From contig CAWKIV010000019.1 of assembly GCA_963849885.1 (NCBI GenBank), positions 7,517 through 71,516 on the forward strand: a stretch of 64,000 nt of DNA, given 5' to 3'. Both the position numbers and the translations under genes were made by a program. This document shows, in pieces, positions 8,547 to 16,512 of this stretch (positions within the stretch are counted from its first letter, which is position 1; every line of letters starts with the position of its first letter). The notes under the pieces were generated by a model. It saw only the letters and a list, made by a program, of their open reading frames with translations. It searched no databases and was not told where the DNA came from. The DNA comes from an uncultured Actinomycetota bacterium (lineage in GTDB: Bacteria; Actinomycetota; Actinomycetes; Mycobacteriales; CADCTP01).

Positions 8547-9689
8547 ATGGCTACCCCATTACCGCATCGGCTCACTTCGACATGTGTTGCCGCTGCCGTG
8601 ATCGCCGCGACCGCAGCGTGTAGCGGCGGTTCACCCGCGGCGCCGACAGCGAAGGGCTCGACCGCCGGTGGTGCCACCGCTGTCACCGCTCACCCGGTGG
8701 TGCCGGCGGAGGTCGGGAAGCGCATCCAAGAGTTCCTGGATGTAGGCACCGGCGCGTTCGACCAGGTCCGGGCGATTCTGGTCAGCGTGGACGGCCGGCC
8801 GGTGTTCGAGCGCTACTACGACAGCTCCGCGGCGACCACCGGGAACGTCTTCTCGGTGACCAAGAGCGTGATGTCCATGCTCATCGGCATCGCCATCGAC
8901 GAGCGGAAGCTGCGTGGCGTCGACCAGACGCTGGCCGAACTGCTGCCGGCCTACGCGGCGACGATGCCGCCAGCGGTCGAAGCCGTCACCTTGCGCCAGG
9001 TCCTCACGATGACCGCGGGCCTGCCACCGGACCCGCCCGACCTGCCCGGCTTCGTGACCAGCAGCGACTGGGTGACCACCATCCTGACGGAAGGAACCCA
9101 ACAGCCGGCCGGGCAGGGCTTCGCCTACTCCAGCGCCGGATCGCACCTGCTCTCGGCGATCCTCAGGCAGGCGACCGGACGCTCCACCCTGGACTACGCC
9201 CGGGCGAAGCTGTTCACCCCGCTCGGCATCAACACCGTCCCGGCTGCCGAGCCGGTCGCCCGGGCGGAGAGCCGGCCCGCCTACGATCGCGCCCGCTTCG
9301 CCTGGCCGACCGACCCGCAGGGCAACCACGCCGGCTTCAGCTTCCTCAAGCTCACTGCCCGCGACATGGCCAAGCTCGGCCAGCTCTGGCTCGACCAGGG
9401 CCGCTGGGCAGACCGCCAGCTGGTGTCCGCCGCCTGGGTCGCCGAGTCCACCCGGTCCCATGTGGACACACAAAGCACCCCCGAGCAGTACGGCTACCAG
9501 TGGTGGGTGACCACCGCCGACGGCCACGCCGCCTACGCCGCCATGGGCTTCGGCGGTCAACTGGTCGAAGTCGTCCCCGACCTCGGCCTGGTCACCGTCG
9601 TCGCCAGCACCGACGCAACAGGCGCCGCCGGACCCGAGGTCTACCTCGACCTCGTCTCCTCCTACATCGCCCCCGCCATCAAGCAGTAG
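8547..9689 (+). CDS. serine hydrolase / beta-lactamase-family lipoprotein
   Basis: ATG 8547 is preceded by AGGAGG. Lipobox AATAAC-S. SVTKS forms an SxxK active-site motif. The protein resembles class-C beta-lactamases/esterases along its whole length. Confidence 0.88.
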   Translation: MATPLPHRLTSTCVAAAVIAATAACSGGSPAAPTAKGSTAGGATAVTAHPVVPAEVGKRIQEFLDVGTGAFDQVRAILVSVDGRPVFERYYDSSAATTGNVFSVTKSVMSMLIGIAIDERKLRGVDQTLAELLPAYAATMPPAVEAVTLRQVLTMTAGLPPDPPDLPGFVTSSDWVTTILTEGTQQPAGQGFAYSSAGSHLLSAILRQATGRSTLDYARAKLFTPLGINTVPAAEPVARAESRPAYDRARFAWPTDPQGNHAGFSFLKLTARDMAKLGQLWLDQGRWADRQLVSAAWVAESTRSHVDTQSTPEQYGYQWWVTTADGHAAYAAMGFGGQLVEVVPDLGLVTVVASTDATGAAGPEVYLDLVSSYIAPAIKQ

Positions 9690-9795
9690 AACTCCTCAAC
9701 GGGGCAGCAGCCATCCGGGAATCAAATTCTTCCGGTACAGGATGGCGTGGCCTCCGGCGGACGCGCCGACGGTGTCAGGACGCAGCTGGCAGTGT

Positions 9796-9828
9796 GGGGT
9801 CAGGGGTTCGAGTCCCCTCAGCTCCACC
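9796..9828 (+). other. tRNA-Ala/tmRNA-type 3' half (variable loop, T arm, acceptor 3' strand, ACC): a relic, not a functional gene
   Basis: GGGGTC-AGGGG-TTCGAGT-CCCCT-CAGCTCC-A-CC. The 5-bp T stem, TTCGAGT loop and U70-type acceptor strand match the tRNA-Ala and tmRNA 3' end (...CAGCTCCACCA). No complementary 5' acceptor strand sits at tRNA distance. D-arm-like ACGC-AGCTGGCA-GTGT lies at 9780-9795, with no anticodon arm. Confidence 0.45.
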
Positions 9829-9991
9829 CTTGAGCTGCACGTTCTCGGCTACGCACCGGCTCCCGGCCGGCGCTGAGCCGGTCGGCGGCCTGGCGGGCGC
9901 GGCGCTCCCTGAGCAGCTTGGCGACGGCACCGATCACCTGAACGTCGACCTGCGCACCGAACCGCAGCAGACCTCGGCGATACTGGCCGGC

Positions 9992-10234
9992 GTGAGCAGA
10001 GGCGACTGGTTGCCGTGGCGCAGGGACTGGTCGAAGTACCCGAACGCCTGGAAGACCTACCTCGCCGGCTCGGTCGCCTTCACCGTGCTGGGCGCCGTCT
10101 ACGTGATGGTCCGCGACGAGGTCGGTGTCGGCTACCTCGTCCTGGCCGCCGTTCTGGGCTTCCTCGCCCACTACAGCTTCCGGCACAGCCGCCTCGGGAC
10201 GCGTCCCGAGGAAAGCGACCGGCAGCCGCACTAG
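9992..10234 (+). CDS. small hypothetical membrane protein (2 predicted TM segments)
   Basis: GTG 9992 is in frame with ORF 9500..10234. GC3 is near saturation. Hydrophobic stretches: YLAGSVAFTVLGAVYVMV and VGYLVLAAVLGFLAHYSF. Confidence 0.45.
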   Translation: MSRGDWLPWRRDWSKYPNAWKTYLAGSVAFTVLGAVYVMVRDEVGVGYLVLAAVLGFLAHYSFRHSRLGTRPEESDRQPH

Positions 10235-10371
10235 GCGCGCTCGTACGCCGCCAGCATGTCGCGACGCAGATCCAGCGCCGAACCCAACAGGAACGACCCC
10301 GGCACGACCGGCGGCGCACCTGAAGCCGCCTCGGTCAGCACGACGTGGTGCACGGCCGGGGATCGGGTCAT
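10231..10371 (-). pseudogene. cytochrome P450 N-terminal remnant (46 codons)
   Basis: AGGAG RBS plus ATG at 10371. The translation MTRSPAVHHVVLTEAASGAPPVVPGSFLLGSALDLRRDMLAAYERA* resembles the P450 N-terminal PG..LLG....LRRD.L..Y segment and then stops. No P450-like sequence continues in any frame. The ORF is below the ORF-track length cutoff. Confidence 0.45.
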
Positions 10372-10473
10372 GTCAACTCAACTCCTGTCGCGGCGAACGT
10401 CCGGACGCGGCCGACGCTAGGAGCCGTTGCGGGATCCGGCATCGTTGAGTTTGTGCAACCGGCGTCTGACCCG

Positions 10474-10491
10474 GTGGTTGAATTCAACCAC
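10474..10491. repeat. perfect 18-bp palindrome GTGGTTGAATTCAACCAC
   Basis: Self-complementary. It lies 15 nt downstream of the APH-family gene stop (10507) and about 100 nt upstream of the P450 remnant start. It could be a weak terminator hairpin or an orphaned operator. Confidence 0.4.
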
Positions 10492-10506
10492 GCGTCGCAG
10501 AGGTGC

Positions 10507-11262
10507 TCAGACCGCTCGAACTTCGGCGAGCCGCGTGACTGCGAACTGGTCGGTCCCGCTGGGGTCCCAGCAGGCGGCGGCTTCCCAGGCGGCCCGCGCT
10601 TGCGCGGCGATGTCGTACGCGTCGTCGTCGAGGCCGGCGGCGTTGTGCGGCAGCGCCAGGTCGAGGTCGGGGACGTCGACGTGCGACTCGTCCCAGTCGA
10701 TCATCGCGACGCGATCCGCGGTCATGCGGATGTTGCCCGGGTTGGGGTCGCCGTGGACGACGCACGTCGTGCGACCGGTGAGTCGTGCCCACGCTGCTCG
10801 GCATCGAACGACACCCTCAGGCGGCATCGCGCCGAGGTCGACCTTCGTCCCGGTCTCGGCGTGCAGAAGGTCGGTCGACGATCGCCAGCCCGGGCGTTGG
10901 GGCCAGCCGTGCGTGAGCCGATGCAGCTGGCGGAGTGTGTCGGCGACGCGACGCCAGTCGGCTTCGGTCTCGGGCGGTCCGCCCTCCACGTAGGTCATCA
11001 CCACCAGACCGTCGGCGAAGTGCCGGCCGTCCGTGGTCGGGATCGGCACCGGCACCGGCATCCCCTCACGGTGGAGGTGTCGCAACAGGTCGGTCTCCCA
11101 GGCGAGATCAGCGTCGCTGCGTTGGCCGAGACGACCGACCGCGAGGTGCCCGTCGACGCGCACGCTCCACACCTCGTTGACGCCAACTCCGCCGGTGAGC
11201 GGTTCGCCGCGGACGACGTCGTCACCCCACTGCTCGAGTGCCTCCCATCCCACCGGCCACAT
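10507..11262 (-). CDS. aminoglycoside/choline-kinase-type phosphotransferase (APH family)
   Basis: 251-aa ORF. VVHGDPNPGNIRM...AMIDWDES matches the APH catalytic loop (HGDxxxxN) and the DWD metal-binding motif. Confidence 0.85.
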   Translation of the reverse strand: MWPVGWEALEQWGDDVVRGEPLTGGVGVNEVWSVRVDGHLAVGRLGQRSDADLAWETDLLRHLHREGMPVPVPIPTTDGRHFADGLVVMTYVEGGPPETEADWRRVADTLRQLHRLTHGWPQRPGWRSSTDLLHAETGTKVDLGAMPPEGVVRCRAAWARLTGRTTCVVHGDPNPGNIRMTADRVAMIDWDESHVDVPDLDLALPHNAAGLDDDAYDIAAQARAAWEAAACWDPSGTDQFAVTRLAEVRAV

Positions 11263-11368
11263 CGTCGCGGAGGGTCATGAAACGCTCAACGAGATACGAA
11301 CGCTGACCTCACTCGCACCGGATGAGGATCGCCGGCCGCCGGACGCGCCGGCCGGACGCCGAGGCGTC

Positions 11369-11716
11369 CTACTCGTGGTCCGGCAGGCCACTGAGCAGGT
11401 GGTCGGCGTGGGCGAGGGTCTCGGTGACGAGTCGGCGGACGTGGCCGTTGCGGACGGTGTAGATGCGGCGGCGGCCGGCCGGGCGGGCTTCGACCAGGCC
11501 GCCGAGGCGGAGCCGGCTCAGGTGCTGGGACACCGCCGGACGAGGGACACCGGTGAGCTCGGTCAGCTCGGTGACGTCGTGCTCGGCGGTGGCGAGCGCC
11601 GCCAGCAGCCGCAGGCGGGTCGGGTCGGCCAGCAGCCGCAGCACGTCCGCGGCCGCGCGGGCCTGCTCGCCCGTAGGGGCAAGGGTCGCGGCGGTCGCGT
11701 GCGTGGGCGCGTACAT
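11369..11716 (-). CDS. ArsR/SmtB family metalloregulator
   Basis: In-frame ATG at 11716 within ORF 11369..11842. LRLLADPTRLRLLAALATAEHDVTELTELTGVPRPAVSQHLSRLRLGGLV is an ArsR winged HTH. The gene is divergent from a CDF transporter only 20 bp away. Confidence 0.85.
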   Translation of the reverse strand: MYAPTHATAATLAPTGEQARAAADVLRLLADPTRLRLLAALATAEHDVTELTELTGVPRPAVSQHLSRLRLGGLVEARPAGRRRIYTVRNGHVRRLVTETLAHADHLLSGLPDHE

Positions 11717-11729
11717 GAGCACGTATTCT
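11716..11729. promoter_or_regulatory. candidate SmtB/CzrA-type operator core overlapping a -10-like TATTCT
   Basis: TGAGCA-CG-TATTCT resembles the TGAACA-N2-TATTCA core of ArsR/SmtB 12-2-12 operators as I recall it (10/12 matches). It sits in the 20-bp gap between the two start codons. TATTCT lies 7 nt before the CDF ATG, suggesting a leaderless transcript. Confidence 0.3.
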
Positions 11730-11736
11730 GCCAGGC

Positions 11737-12780
11737 ATGGCCGGCGCCCGGGACCACGACCACTCGCACCAGCACGGTCACGAGCATCACCACGAGCACC
11801 GGTCGGGCCTGCTCGGCCGCGTGCGGGAGCTGCTGGTCCCACACAGCCACGATGCGTCCGACCGGGTCGACTCGGCGCTGGAGGCGAGCCGGGCCGGCAT
11901 GCGCTGCCTGGCCTGGAGCTTCGCCGTGCTGACCGGCACCGCCGCGCTGCAGGCGGTCGTCGTGGTGCTGTCCGGCTCGGTGGCGCTGCTCGGCGACACG
12001 CTGCACAACTTCGCGGACGCGCTCACCGCGGTGCCGCTGGCCATCGCCTTCACCGTGGGCCGGCGGGCCGCCACCCGCCGGTACACCTACGGCTACGGGC
12101 GGGCCGAGGACCTGGCCGGGCTGGTCGTCGTGCTGCTGATCGCGCTGTCCGCGTTCGCCGCCGGCTGGGAGGCGGCCCGCCGGCTGCTCGACCCGCAGGA
12201 GGTCACCGCGGTGCCGCTGGTCGCGCTGGCCGGCCTGATCGGCTTCGCCGGGAACGAGTGGGTCGCCCGCTACCGGATCCGCGTCGGCCGCCGGATCGGG
12301 TCGGCAGCGCTCGTCGCGGACGGCCTGCACGCCCGGACCGACGGTTTCACCAGCCTCGCCGTGCTCCTCGGCGCCGGCGGCGTCGCCCTCGGGATCCCGG
12401 TGGCAGACCCGATCGTCGGTCTGCTCATCACCGTCGCCATCGCCGCCGTGCTCCGGGACGCCGCCCGTGAGGTCTACCGGCGGCTGATGGACGCCGTCGA
12501 CCCGGAGCTGGTCGGCACCGCCGAGTCGGCCGTGCGCGCGACCCCGGGAGTCACCGATGTCGGCGAGCTGCGCCTGCGGTGGATCGGCCACGCCCTGCGG
12601 GCCGAGGTCGAGGTCGTGGTCAACCCGACGCTGTCGCTCGTCGAGGCGCACCGGGTCGCGCACGACGCCGAGCACCAACTGCTGCACGACGTCCCGCGGC
12701 TGTCCGCGGCGATGGTGCATGCCCACCCGGGCGCCGGTGCGGCCGCAGCCGCCCACGCCGCCGTCGCCCACCACCGCTGA
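11737..12780 (+). CDS. cation diffusion facilitator (CDF) family metal efflux transporter
   Basis: 347-aa ORF. His-rich N-terminus (HDHSHQHGHEHHHEH), six hydrophobic segments, LLGDTLHNFADAL and YGYGRAEDL motifs, and a C-terminal cytoplasmic domain. Confidence 0.93.
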   Translation: MAGARDHDHSHQHGHEHHHEHRSGLLGRVRELLVPHSHDASDRVDSALEASRAGMRCLAWSFAVLTGTAALQAVVVVLSGSVALLGDTLHNFADALTAVPLAIAFTVGRRAATRRYTYGYGRAEDLAGLVVVLLIALSAFAAGWEAARRLLDPQEVTAVPLVALAGLIGFAGNEWVARYRIRVGRRIGSAALVADGLHARTDGFTSLAVLLGAGGVALGIPVADPIVGLLITVAIAAVLRDAAREVYRRLMDAVDPELVGTAESAVRATPGVTDVGELRLRWIGHALRAEVEVVVNPTLSLVEAHRVAHDAEHQLLHDVPRLSAAMVHAHPGAGAAAAAHAAVAHHR

Positions 12781-12880
12781 GTGGCGTCCAGCCAGTGCGG
12801 GCGCACGGCGGCGAGCTCGTCGGCGAGACAGCGCGGTAACCGCTGGGTCGTTCCGGTGACGGGTGTGGGAATCTGGGCCG

Positions 12881-13447
12881 ATGGCGATCACCGTCCAGCC
12901 GGTGAGCGAGGCGCTCTTCGACGATGTCCAGACGGTCTTCGGCACCAGGGGCGACGCCGCCCGCTGCCAGTGCCAGGGCTATCGGCTGGGCTGGTACGAG
13001 CGGCACACCGATGATGTCCGGGGCCGCCGCGAGCTGCTCCGCGACCAGGTGATCGAGGGACACGGGCTGGTCGCGCACCTCGACGGCGAGCCGGTGGGCT
13101 GGTGCTCGCTCGGACCGCGCAGCGACTACCCCTACCTGCGTCAGACGACGTGGAGAGGCCGCGACGAGGACAAGGACGACGCGGGCATCTGGGCGGTCAC
13201 CTGTTTCGTGACCCGCGCCGGGTTCCGCCGCCAGGGCGTGAGCCGGGCGCTGGTGGGCGGCACGGTCGACCTGGCCCGCGACCATGGCGCCCGCGCCGTC
13301 GAGGCCTATCCGATGAAGCCGGCCCCGGGCAAGGACGTCCCCTGGGGCGAGATGCACGTAGGGGCGCTCAGCGCGTTCCTCGCGGCCGGGTTCCGGGTCG
13401 TGCACGTGCCGTCGCTGCGGCGCGCGGTCGTGCGCTACGACTTCTGA
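12881..13447 (+). CDS. GNAT family N-acetyltransferase
   Basis: ATG 12881 lies within ORF 12863..13447; GTG 12863 is an alternative start. VTRAGFRRQGVSRALV matches the acetyl-CoA binding R/Q-x-x-G-x-A motif. Confidence 0.75.
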   Translation: MAITVQPVSEALFDDVQTVFGTRGDAARCQCQGYRLGWYERHTDDVRGRRELLRDQVIEGHGLVAHLDGEPVGWCSLGPRSDYPYLRQTTWRGRDEDKDDAGIWAVTCFVTRAGFRRQGVSRALVGGTVDLARDHGARAVEAYPMKPAPGKDVPWGEMHVGALSAFLAAGFRVVHVPSLRRAVVRYDF

Positions 13448-13587
13448 ACCAGCCGATCCGCCCACCCGCGACGGGCTCGCGGGAGGCGCGTGTCCGTAGT
13501 GGCGGTCGAGATCTCCGTGCCCGGTACGGATGTTCCGCGCTCGGTCCCGGCGCAGGCTCCTGGTCGGGTTCACGAGAGGGGCACACC

Positions 13588-14169
13588 ATGAAGCGTCTGA
13601 CCGCCGCCATCACCGGGCTGCTGCTGACCCTGACCGCCGTGGCCGCATCGGCGGCCTTCGCCGGGCCCGCGGCGACCGCCGACCCCGCGACCGCCGACGC
13701 CGCGGTAGCCGCCGACGTCGACCGCGGCGCCGTACGCGGCTTCGAGCGGTTCCTGCGGCGGTTCGAGGCCGCCAACACGGCGTTCGTCAACGGCGACCCG
13801 TCGCTGTGGTTGCCGATGACCGCGGACAAGGACCCGGCGTCGATCTTCGGCGGGTTCGGCGGCGCGGGGGAGGCCGGCGTCGCGGCCGTCCACCAGCGCT
13901 ACCTGCTCGCGGCCGGCGCGTTCCGCCCGAGCGGCGCCCGGGTCGACTTCGAGTACCTGGTCAAGGACGTGCGCGGCCGGCTGGCCTACACGGTCGCGAT
14001 CGAGCGTGCCGACGTCCTCTACGCAGGGCAGACCGAGCGGCAGCAGCAGGTCCTGCGCGTCACGATGATCTTCCGCTTCGACCATGGCGCCTGGAAGATC
14101 ATCCACCGGCACGCGGACACGATGATCGACCTGCAGCTGCCCACTCCGGCCGCCAGCCCGGGCCGGTAG
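13588..14169 (+). CDS. secreted SnoaL/NTF2-like (DUF4440-type) protein
   Basis: ATG 13588 lies within ORF 13102..14169. Signal peptide MKRLTAAITGLLLTLTAVAASAAFA. The C-terminal RVTMIFRFDHGAWKIIHRHAD is typical of the NTF2-like fold. Confidence 0.65.
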   Translation: MKRLTAAITGLLLTLTAVAASAAFAGPAATADPATADAAVAADVDRGAVRGFERFLRRFEAANTAFVNGDPSLWLPMTADKDPASIFGGFGGAGEAGVAAVHQRYLLAAGAFRPSGARVDFEYLVKDVRGRLAYTVAIERADVLYAGQTERQQQVLRVTMIFRFDHGAWKIIHRHADTMIDLQLPTPAASPGR

Positions 14170-14440
14170 CCGGCGCCGGTGTCGAGGTGAGCGACCCGGT
14201 GATCATGGCGGAGCCCGGTCCGGGGCTCGGGTTGGAGCCGTCGGCGCAGCAGGTGCGCGCAGATGCTGACCGCGGCGGTGGAGTACGTCGTGCGGTTCTG
14301 CGAGCGGTTGCCGCAGGCGGCTCCGTCCGACCGGGCCGGGGTCGCTGCCGTGCTCACCGACGAGGCGGTGCGCCGGCGGCCGCCGGCCGGGGGCCGGCGG
14401 GCCGTTGACCGGCGCCGGGGCGGCGGGAAGACTCGCGCGA

Positions 14441-15268
14441 ATGCCAGCCACGGAGAACGAGCCGCGCACCGGCTACGCCCCGGTGAACGGCCTGCGGATG
14501 TACTACGAGGTCCACGGCTCCGGGGGCACCCCGCTGCTCCTGCTGCACGGTGGGCTCTTCGACATCGACCAGCAGTTCGGCGCGCTGCTGCCCGGGCTGG
14601 CGGCGGCCCGCCAGGTGATCGCCGCCGACTTCCAGGGCCACGGCCGGACCAACGACATCGACCGGCCGCTCGGGACCGCCCACCTCGCCTCCGACGTGGT
14701 CGGCCTGCTGCGGCACCTCGACGTCGGGCAGGCGGACGTCTTCGGCTTCAGCGTGGGCGGCGCGGTCGCCCTGCACCTGGGCATCAAGCACCCGGAGCTG
14801 GTCCGCAAGCTGATCGTGTCGTCGGCGTCGTTCTCGCCCGAGGGGGACCGCCCGGAGAACGCCGGGGCGGTCGGCGAGATGAAGGTCGAGATGATCGCCG
14901 GCACGCCCATGGAGGCGGCGTACCTGGCCAAGTCCCCGCATCCGGACCACGAGCACCTGCAGACCCTGCTCGACAAGCTCGGCGGGTACGACCGGGGCAC
15001 GTCCGGCTGGTCCGACGCCGAGATCCAGGGGATCGCCGCGCCGACCCTGGTCACCGTCGGCGACTGCGACGCGGTCAAGCTCGAGCACGCGGTCCGCTTC
15101 CTGCAGCTGCGCGGCGGTGACGTCAACGGCGACTTCGTCGGCGTCCCCGCGTCGCAGCTGGCGGTCTTCCCGGGGACCACGCACTTCTTCGGGCTGGCCC
15201 GGACCGCGCTGGTCCAGGACGTGGTGCTCGGCTTCCTCGACGCGCCGCCGCCGACCGCCCAGGCCTGA
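14441..15268 (+). CDS. alpha/beta hydrolase
   Basis: ATG 14441 lies within ORF 14405..15268. The protein has LLLLHGG, the nucleophile elbow GFSVGG, and a C-terminal H in TTHFF. Confidence 0.88.
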   Translation: MPATENEPRTGYAPVNGLRMYYEVHGSGGTPLLLLHGGLFDIDQQFGALLPGLAAARQVIAADFQGHGRTNDIDRPLGTAHLASDVVGLLRHLDVGQADVFGFSVGGAVALHLGIKHPELVRKLIVSSASFSPEGDRPENAGAVGEMKVEMIAGTPMEAAYLAKSPHPDHEHLQTLLDKLGGYDRGTSGWSDAEIQGIAAPTLVTVGDCDAVKLEHAVRFLQLRGGDVNGDFVGVPASQLAVFPGTTHFFGLARTALVQDVVLGFLDAPPPTAQA

Positions 15269-15277
15269 CCCGCCGGG

Positions 15278-15856
15278 TCAGCCGGGGTCGAGCTCGGCGT
15301 CGGGAAGGGTGGGGGCGTCGGTGGGGTAGAGGCCGGCGGCGAAGCCGAAGACCTGGTCGCCGGACCGCGGGATCTGGGCGAACCGGCGGGACAGCTCCTG
15401 CACCTCCGCCCAGAAGCGCCGCACCTCGTCCCGCGGGATGCGCGCGTGCAGGAGCAGGCAGCGCAGGTCGTCGGCGGCGTGCGCGGCGACGGACTCGGCG
15501 GCCGCCTCCGCGAGCCCGTTGATGGAGGCGACCACCTCCTGGTCCTCCGGCCGGCTCAGCGCGCCGATGTAGAACGTGCGGGCGACCCGCCCGTAGTAGC
15601 GCTCGTCGATCGCCCGCACCCGCTGGGTCCGGACGACCCGCAGGAGACCGGCGTCGACCAGGAGGTTGACGTGGTACGCGACGGTGCTCTTGGGCCGGTC
15701 CACCGCGCGGGCCAGCTCGGTCACCGTGGCCGCCCGCTCGAGGAGCAGCTCCAGCAGGGTGCCGCGCAGCTTGTCGGCCACCGCGCGCAGCTGGTCGTGC
15801 GCGGTGATCACCATGAGGTCGTCGAGCTCGTAGTCCGGGATCTGATTGACCGACAT
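15278..15856 (-). CDS. ArsR-like winged-helix transcriptional regulator with C-terminal extension
   Basis: 192-aa ORF. LRGTLLELLLERAATVTELARAVDRPKSTVAYHVNLLVDAGLL is an ArsR-type HTH. Confidence 0.8.
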   Translation of the reverse strand: MSVNQIPDYELDDLMVITAHDQLRAVADKLRGTLLELLLERAATVTELARAVDRPKSTVAYHVNLLVDAGLLRVVRTQRVRAIDERYYGRVARTFYIGALSRPEDQEVVASINGLAEAAAESVAAHAADDLRCLLLHARIPRDEVRRFWAEVQELSRRFAQIPRSGDQVFGFAAGLYPTDAPTLPDAELDPG

Positions 15857-15858
15857 AC

Positions 15859-15887
15859 CTCGACCATTCTACAGTTCTCGACCATTC
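15859..15887. promoter_or_regulatory. two direct copies of CTCGACCATTC (18-bp period) in a divergent promoter
   Basis: Copies at 15859-15869 and 15877-15887, starting 3 nt upstream of the regulator ATG (15856). TAGAAT on the minus strand lies 9 nt before that ATG. Confidence 0.3.
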
Positions 15888-15921
15888 GAGCAACGTGGTC
15901 CTACGGAACGGGAGTCTAGAG

Positions 15922-16512
15922 ATGGCCGAGGTCGTGCTGTTCCACCACGTGCAGGGACTCACCGACGGCGTCCGCGCCTTCGCCGAGGAGCTGCGCGCCG
16001 GCGGGCACACCGTGCACACGCCGGACCTCTTCGAGGGCGAGCTGCCGGCGACCGTCGAGGACGGCATCGCGCACGTGCAGAAGGTCGGCGAGAAGGTGCT
16101 CGGCGAGCGGGCCGACCGGGTGGTGGCCGAGCTGCCCGCCGGCCTGGTGTACGGGGGCTACTCGTGGGGCGGCGCCACCGCGCAGCGGTTCGCGCAGACC
16201 CGGCCGGGCGCGCGCGGCGCGCTGCTCTACGAGACGTGCCTGCCGATCACCGGCGACTGGGCCATCGGGCCGTGGCCGGACGGGCTGCCGGTGCAGATCC
16301 ACGGCATGGACCACGACCCGTTCTTCGCCGAGGAGGGCGACCTCGACTCGGCCCGCGAGCTGGTCGCGACGATCGGGCCGGAGCTGGGCGAGCTGTTCGT
16401 CTACCCGGGCGACCGGCACCTGTTCACCGACAGCTCGCTGCCGTCGTACGACGCGGACGCGACGGCGCTGGTGCTGCAGCGGTCGCGGGAGTTCCTCGAC
16501 CGGCGGGGCTGA
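15922..16512 (+). CDS. dienelactone hydrolase family protein
   Basis: ATG 15922 lies within ORF 15895..16512, with GGGAG upstream. VVLFHHVQGLT...GYSWGG...HGMDHDPFF matches the DLH-family pattern. Confidence 0.8.
   Translation: MAEVVLFHHVQGLTDGVRAFAEELRAGGHTVHTPDLFEGELPATVEDGIAHVQKVGEKVLGERADRVVAELPAGLVYGGYSWGGATAQRFAQTRPGARGALLYETCLPITGDWAIGPWPDGLPVQIHGMDHDPFFAEEGDLDSARELVATIGPELGELFVYPGDRHLFTDSSLPSYDADATALVLQRSREFLDRRG

Noticed and set aside
9701-9828. Intact tRNA, tmRNA or other structured RNA ending in the tRNA-like 3' half
   Set aside because: No GGGGCTG-type 5' acceptor strand lies at 70-90 nt. The nearest near-match (GGGGCAG at 9701) is 128 nt away and has no D or anticodon arm geometry. 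A full tmRNA (about 370 nt) would have to overlap the beta-lactamase-family CDS. The terminal CCA reads CCC.
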